This document shows, one piece after another, positions 58,160 to 64,000 of a DNA stretch of 64,000 nucleotides. The stretch is from Prasinococcaceae sp. CCMP 1430 (lineage: Eukaryota; Plantae; Prasinodermophyta). Both the position numbers and the translations under genes were made by a program. A model generated the notes under the pieces. The model did not search any database, was not told where the DNA came from, and saw only the letters and a program-made list of their open reading frames with translations. Every line of letters begins with the position of its first letter. The stretch's first letter is position 1. The DNA is taken from assembly GCA_013416795.1 (NCBI GenBank), contig RQSC01001018.1:1908-65907 (forward strand). Direction: 5' to 3'.

Positions 58160-59450
58160 TTATCGGAGCTCGTCGCCACCGCCGCCGCGGTCGGCGGGCG
58201 CGTCGCCGGCAAGCCTGCGCGCGTATTCGCGCGTGAGGTTGAGGTAGAGGTACGGATCGCCCCCGTAGCCCACGTACTCACCCGCGGGCAGGCCGCGTGC
58301 GGCAGGCCGCACGACGCCATCCGCGGCCGGCTCGATCTGCGTGCCCTCGCCCCACTCATTGTAGCTGGTGATGGCTACGCCCAGCACGTTCCCTCCGCCC
58401 CCGCCGGCGCGTCCGAAGACGCGCAGCGCGCCCTCCCATCGCTCCCTGTACACGTCCCCGCCGCGCCTGTCGATGGTGTGCGCCGCGTTCCACGGCCGTA
58501 TACGCGCGTCGTCGTAGCCTGGCGCGACGCACGGGAAGAAGCCCATTCCGCGCGAGCGTAGCTCTCCCACCATGGCGTCCCAATTGCGCACGGCCGCCCC
58601 GTAGCCCATGCGCTCGCTGGCGAAGTACGGGTACGCTGCGTCGAAGCCGCCCGCGGCAAGTTCGGCGCCGTGGCCGCGCTCAAGGAAGAGGCCGACAGCG
58701 AAGACATCGAGCGGCGTGCCACGCACGCTGGCGCCTCCCCGCGCGAGCACCGCGGCCCAGTCAGAGGCCGAGATGTGGTAGCTGTCGTAGACGAAGGCGA
58801 GCGGCCTGCCGGCGACGCGAGCCAGCGCGGGGTGCGCGAGCAGCCGACCCCCTTCGGGTGACGCGAGGTATTCGAGGTCCTCGCGGAAGCTCGCCGCGGT
58901 GCGCCCCGGGTATGGCTCCATGTGCAGCGCCCAGCGCACACCCGCGGCGGCGCAAGCGTCCGCTGCCTCGGCGAGCCGCGCATCGGTGCTCACGCCTTGT
59001 GTGTCGGTGGCGCCCTCGCGCCACGATGGCCCCCACCAGCTCATGGCAAGAACGTCGATCCCCGCCGCCTGCACGAGGAGGGTGCGCACGCGCGTGTGCG
59101 TGTGTGAGCGCGCGCAGTCGCGAAGGGGGGCAACGGGGGGAAGGCCTTCACGCACGCGCTGCGCCGCACTCCGCCCGCCTTACCTTGGCCTCCTCCGCCT
59201 GCGCGCGCAGCGTGTCTGCGTCGGCCGACGAATACGGCCCACGCAGCGGGTAGAACGGCGCGTGGATGTCGTCAGGCGGCGCGTGGCGCGCGCCGACCGA
59301 CGGATGCTGAGCGTTGACCTCGGGCGTCCAGTGCGGCAGCACCTCGTGGTCCCAGTGCGCGTACGGCGCGCGTGGCGCGCGCCCCGTCGGCGCACCGTAC
59401 CACAGGTAGAAGAAGGCCACCACGAGCGCGCGCGGCGACGCACCCGCCAT
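58160..59450 (-). CDS. GH99 endo-alpha-1,2-mannosidase/mannanase-like (intron 59183-59069)
   Basis: AFFYLWYG, HWDHEVLPHW, FYPLRGPYSSAD, AGIDVLAMSWWG, LHMEPYPGR, PGYDDARIRPWN, ITSYNEWGEGTQIEPA. Confidence 0.9.
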
Positions 59451-60036
59451 GACGGCGACGGAAACGGGAGGCAGGGGGGCGCGAGCGCCCCCTCGTGTGG
59501 CGCGCGCGCGTCGGCGCCATGGAGGTCCCCCGCCACTGCCACGAGCAGGTCCACCCGCCGGCGCAGCCCCCAACACGGCGCGTTACGGTTTCGCATTTCA
59601 AACCGAGGTCAAATTGCATTAGGAAGAGCTTTTTGAAGGCGGCCGAAGGTCAGCGCACCGCACGTCAAAGCGCACGCAAGTCTTCAAATTGGGTAGGGTC
59701 AGCGTCTGTCGTATCTCAGGTCAAAAGCATTGATACTCTGCAGCAGTTTGAATGCATTGAAAAGCTGATATGAATATGATGGTCCTCAAAAAGGCGCGGG
59801 TGTTGGCAGTGTCGGAGGGCTCCAACACCCCTCAGTCGCCGGCGATGGCGGAGGTGGCGGAGGTGGCGGAGGTGGCGGCGGGCGTGAGGGTGGCGGTGGA
59901 GGTGAATGTGAGGAGGGCGGGGCAGAGGCGGATCTGAGAAGGGCCGAGGGCCTCCTCCTCGAGGCGGTGCTTCGCCAGCTTGGAGAGGGAGAGACAGAAC
60001 AGGCGGGCGAGCGCGCCCGCGGGCGCGGGCGGGCAG

Positions 60037-62678
60037 GCGCGGCCGTCAGGCCCGCGCGCCTTCCGCATCAAGCCCTTCAGCCACAAGCTGCAGATGGACC
60101 CGCAGTACCCAGGTGCGCGCGCGGGGGAGTGGGGGCAGAGCCGGCGCGCCAGGCTGGCAGGCGGGCGGGTGGCGCCCAGTATGCAAACTCGTGCGCGCGC
60201 AAAAGACCGCGGAGGCGCGCGCGCCGTCGCGATGGCGCGGGCCTTGCGATGAGGCGCCGCCGACGGAGCGCGGCGCTTCCGCCGCCCTTGTACGGAGCGG
60301 CATGACGGCCGCCCGACAGCCGCGGGCCCATGCCGAGCACAGGCCAGCGCGGTGGGCAGGCGCCGGCATGCCCGCGCCACTGCTGTTGCGCGCCCTCGCG
60401 CAAACAAACGCGGCCTCGCAAGAGCGCTCTGCCTGCGGCCGTCATGCGTTACTGCTGGATGCCCTCGCCTCGCCGCTGACCCCCTCGCATCGACCCTTCA
60501 CACTCGCTGCTTTGCGGTGTTTCCTTCCCGTGCTCGGGCGCCGCCTCGCATGCAGACAAAACGTGGAAGATCATCCGCGACGCGATCCGGGAGATCAACA
60601 CTCGCAACCCGAGCGGGCTGTCGTTCGAGGAGCTCTACCGCAATGCATACAACATGGTGCTTCACAAGTTCGGCGACAAGCTGTACGACGGCGTGCGCAC
60701 GGAGATCACTGCGCACCTGCAACAGGTATCGTCGAAGATCGAACAGGCGCAGGGCCTCGAGTTCCTGGAGGAGCTCAGGGTGAAGTGGAACAACCACAAC
60801 GGCTCCATGCGATGGATGGGCGACATACTGATGTACATGGACCGCACCTACGTGTTGCAGCAGCGGAAGATGTCCGTGCACGAGATGGGCTTACAGCTGT
60901 GGCGTGACCACGTGGTGAGATCGCCGCAAACGCACGAGTGGCTGCAAAAGGAGATGCTGGACAGAGTGGCGCGCGAGCGGCAAGGCGAGGTGATCGACCG
61001 CGGGCTGATGAAGGGCGTGGTGAAAATGCTGACAGACCTGGGCCTCGCCGTCTACCGGCAGGACCTCGAGGCGCCGTTCCTCAGGGACGCCACAGAGTTC
61101 TACTTCGCGGAGGCGACGGAGTACATGTCGCAGTGCGACTGCTCCGAGTACCTGCGCAAGGCGCAGCGGCGGCTGGACGAGGAGCTCGAGCGCGTGTCGA
61201 GCTACCTGGACAAGTCCACTGAGGAGAAGGTCTTGGATGTGGTTCAGGAGCAGATGCTGGAGAAACACATGCAGACGCTGGTAATGATGGAGAACAGCGG
61301 CCTCGTGAGCATGCTGCTTGCCGACAAGTACGACGACCTGAAGCGCATGTACACGCTTTTCAAGCTCACCTCACAGGGACTGTCCACGATGCGCGGCGTG
61401 CTTCTGGAGCACCTGCGCTCGAGTGGCAAGGTGCTGGTGACGGACCCGGAGCTGTGCAAGGATGCGGTGGCGTACGTGGACCGGCTGCTGGTGGAGAAGG
61501 CCAAGTACGACGCGATCGTCTCGAAGGCGTTTGACAACGACAAGTCCTTCCAGACGACCATCAACAGCGCCTTCGAGTACTTCATCAACCTCAACCCGCG
61601 CTCGCCGGAATTCATCTCGCTGTACGTGGACGACAAGCTTCGCAAGGGCCTCAAGGGTGTCAGCGAGGAGGACGTGGAGAAGGTGCTGGACAGGGTGATG
61701 ATGCTGTTCCGCTACCTGCAGGAGAAGGACATTTTTGAGAAGTACTACAAGCAGCACCTATCGCGGCGGCTGCTCGGCGGCCGCACGGTCAGCGACGACG
61801 CCGAGCGCTCGCTCATCGTCAAGCTCAAGTATGAGTGCGGCTACCAGTTCACGTCCAAGCTCGAGTCGATGTTCACTGACATGCGCACGAGCCGCGACAC
61901 GATGGAGGGCTTCCGAAACATGCTGCGATCGACCGACACGGCCATGGCGCTTGACCTCAACGTGCACGTGCTCACGACGGGCAGCTGGCCCACCACGCCA
62001 TGCAAGTGCAACCTGCCGCAGCAGCTGGTGGAATGCTGCGAGCTCTTCACTAATTACTACCTCAACGCGCACTCGGGCCGCCGCCTCTCGTGGCAGACTA
62101 ACATGGGCAATGCCGACGTCCGCGCGACCTTCGCCAAGTCCAAGCACGACCTCAACGTGACGACATACCAGATGTGCATTTTGCTGCTGTTCAACGACAC
62201 GGACAAGCTCACCTACGGCGAGATCGCTGCTGCGACCGCGATCCCCGCCAACGACCTGAAGCGCGCGCTGCAGAGCATGGCGTGCGTCAAGGGCAAAAAC
62301 GTGCTGCGGAAGGAGCCGATGAGCAAGGAGGTGCTGGAGAGTGACACATTCAGCTTCAATGACAAGTTCCACTCGAAGCTGGTGAAGATCAAGATTGGAA
62401 TGGTGAGCGCGCGGCAGGAAACGGAGGGCGAGAAGGCGGAGACGCGCACCAAGGTGGACGAAGACCGCAAGCCGCAGATCGAGGCTGCCATCGTGCGCCT
62501 CCTCAAGAGCCGCCGCGTCATGGACCACAACACGGTTATCGCCGAGGTCACCAAGCAGCTGCAGTCGCGCTTCGTGCCCAACCCCGCGGTCATCAAGAAG
62601 CGTATCGAGAGCCTCATCGAGAGGGAATTCCTCGAGCGCGACAGGGAAGACAGGCGCACGTACCGATACCTCGCGTGA
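60037..62678 (+). CDS. CUL3: Cullin-3 (intron 60113-60555); start codon unresolved
   Basis: FRIKPF...DPQYP|DKTWKII...LSFEELYRNAYNMVLHKFGDKLY, KDIFEKYYKQHL, KYECGYQFTSKLESMFTDM, IEAAIVRLLKSRR, IESLIEREFLER. Confidence 0.96.
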
Positions 62679-63302
62679 TGCACGCGCAGCGCCGCGCTGT
62701 AACATTGCCACTCCCTCCTCGGCTGCTGCCAGAAGCCCACCAGCCCGCCTGCAAGCCAGCCAGAGCTCTCTCTAGCCTGTTGCGCCCGCTAGCCAGCCGG
62801 CCGACCCCCCAACGCCATGCGCTGCGTGTGGAGTGGCAGGCCCGTCCGACCGCACGGCGCCATCGCCTCCGCACAGCCGCGTGAGGGGCCGCTCGGTGGG
62901 TGGTGGGTGCGAACGAAGGTCAAAATGCATCCAGATCGGCGATGGAGGAAAAAAAGCATGCGGATGCGCGCGACAGACAACCGCCGCTGCTGCGGGCGCG
63001 CTGCTGCTGCTGCCACAGCGCGCGGGGGCGGCGGGGGAGGAGGGGGGCGGTGCAGCATTCGCCCTGCGTCAAGGCGCGGCCTGTCGCCATGGCGGCGGTG
63101 GCGCGTGTGGCGGCGGCGGCCCTGACGATGAGCACTTTCTTGACGATTCGGATGATGATTGCGTCTTACGCCCTCGGCGGCCTCCCCTCCCTCGCGCGCG
63201 CGCACGCGCCCTCGCGCATCCGCCCCGGCAGCTGCTGCCGTCATCCGACGACCCCCATCAAACGCAACGCGCGCGCGCGTCGGGGGGCGGACCGCCGGAG
63301 CG

Positions 63303-64000
63303 CAAAAAGCGAGAGCGAAAGCGTGCTTTCGAGCGCGCGAGTCGCCTGCGGGCGTGGTATCGCGGCGACGGAGACGAGCGCCGGCGGCGGCTGCGGCGGG
63401 CACACCGGCCGTGGCTGCCTCTCGGGCGGCACGACCCGCGGCGGGTACGGTTGCTGGCGCGTTCGCTGCATCGGCCGTGGCAGCGGGGCTCGCGGCTTCT
63501 GCCGTCGCCGCGCCTGTCGTGCTCGCGAAGGATGCGCCCCCCGCGGCGAGCTCCGCTGGGCGCGCGCTCGCCGCGCCGGCGACGCTGCCGGAGATGGATA
63601 TCGTGCTGTACCAGTATGAGGTCTGCCCCTTCTGCTGCAAGGTCAAGGCCTACCTCGACGGCCGCGGCATCCCGTACCGCACGGTGGAGGTGAATCCGCT
63701 CTTCAAGAAGGAGATCAAATTCTCACCTGACTATCGCAAGGTGCCCATCGTCATGGTGAATGGCGAGCAGCTCAACGACTCGTCGCACATTATCGATGCC
63801 ATTGAGGCAAAGATCGCCCAGGCCAACCCGCCCGCCGCCGCCCGGAAGTCCAGCTGGTTTGGGGGCAAGGCTAAGGCCGCCGAGGGCGCCGGCGGCTCGC
63901 CCGAGGACGTCGCCAAGTGGCGCGCGTGGGTGAACGACCACCTCGTGCACCTGCTGCCGCCCAACATCTACCGCACCCCGGCCGAGGCAATGCGCAGCTT
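63303..64000 (+). CDS. PTGES2: Prostaglandin E synthase 2-like (glutaredoxin/GST fold); runs off the window, start unresolved
   Basis: Frame containing ATG 63594: IVLYQYEVCPFCCKVKAYLD, VEVNPL, YRKVPI, LNDSSHII, WRAWVNDHLVHLLPPNIYRT. An in-frame hydrophobic leader lies upstream. Confidence 0.88.

Overview
GC-rich, gene-dense eukaryotic nuclear DNA, most consistent with an early-diverging (prasinophyte-like) green alga. The evidence is spliceosomal GT-AG introns with mostly GTGCG donors, plastid/thylakoid-targeted proteins, and plant-type NDUFS6, TAF15b and HMA2-like genes. About 30 protein-coding genes are supported: a polyQ protein 3' end, a secreted unknown, a two-exon GT77 / pseudo-GT77 / sulfotransferase fusion head-to-head with a GT29 sialyltransferase-like gene, Rab11, a chlorophyllase-like hydrolase, THO2, CSN5, RPL11, an ET-domain fragment, a PAO/Tic55-type Rieske oxygenase, a class IV sirtuin, a CobW-like GTPase, a P1B-2 Zn/Cd ATPase, NDUFS6, TEX9, NTF2, MOSC, GCSH, CTP synthase, RNR small subunit, TAF6, TAF15b, a putative lumen coiled-coil protein, an M20 amidohydrolase, a beta-propeller lactonase, a dienelactone hydrolase, GH99, CUL3 and mPGES-2-like. 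No rRNA, tRNA, CRISPR array or transposase was recognised. The best candidate for an undescribed system is the glycan-modifying cluster at 2.1-8.0 kb. Other leads are the CobW/HMA zinc pair, the hydrolase block at 53-59 kb, and two unexplained repeat structures (14.0-14.5 kb and 41.2-41.4 kb). The assembly is a draft with N gaps and long homopolymers, so several 5' ends are unresolved. All family calls come from motif recognition by eye; no database search was run.
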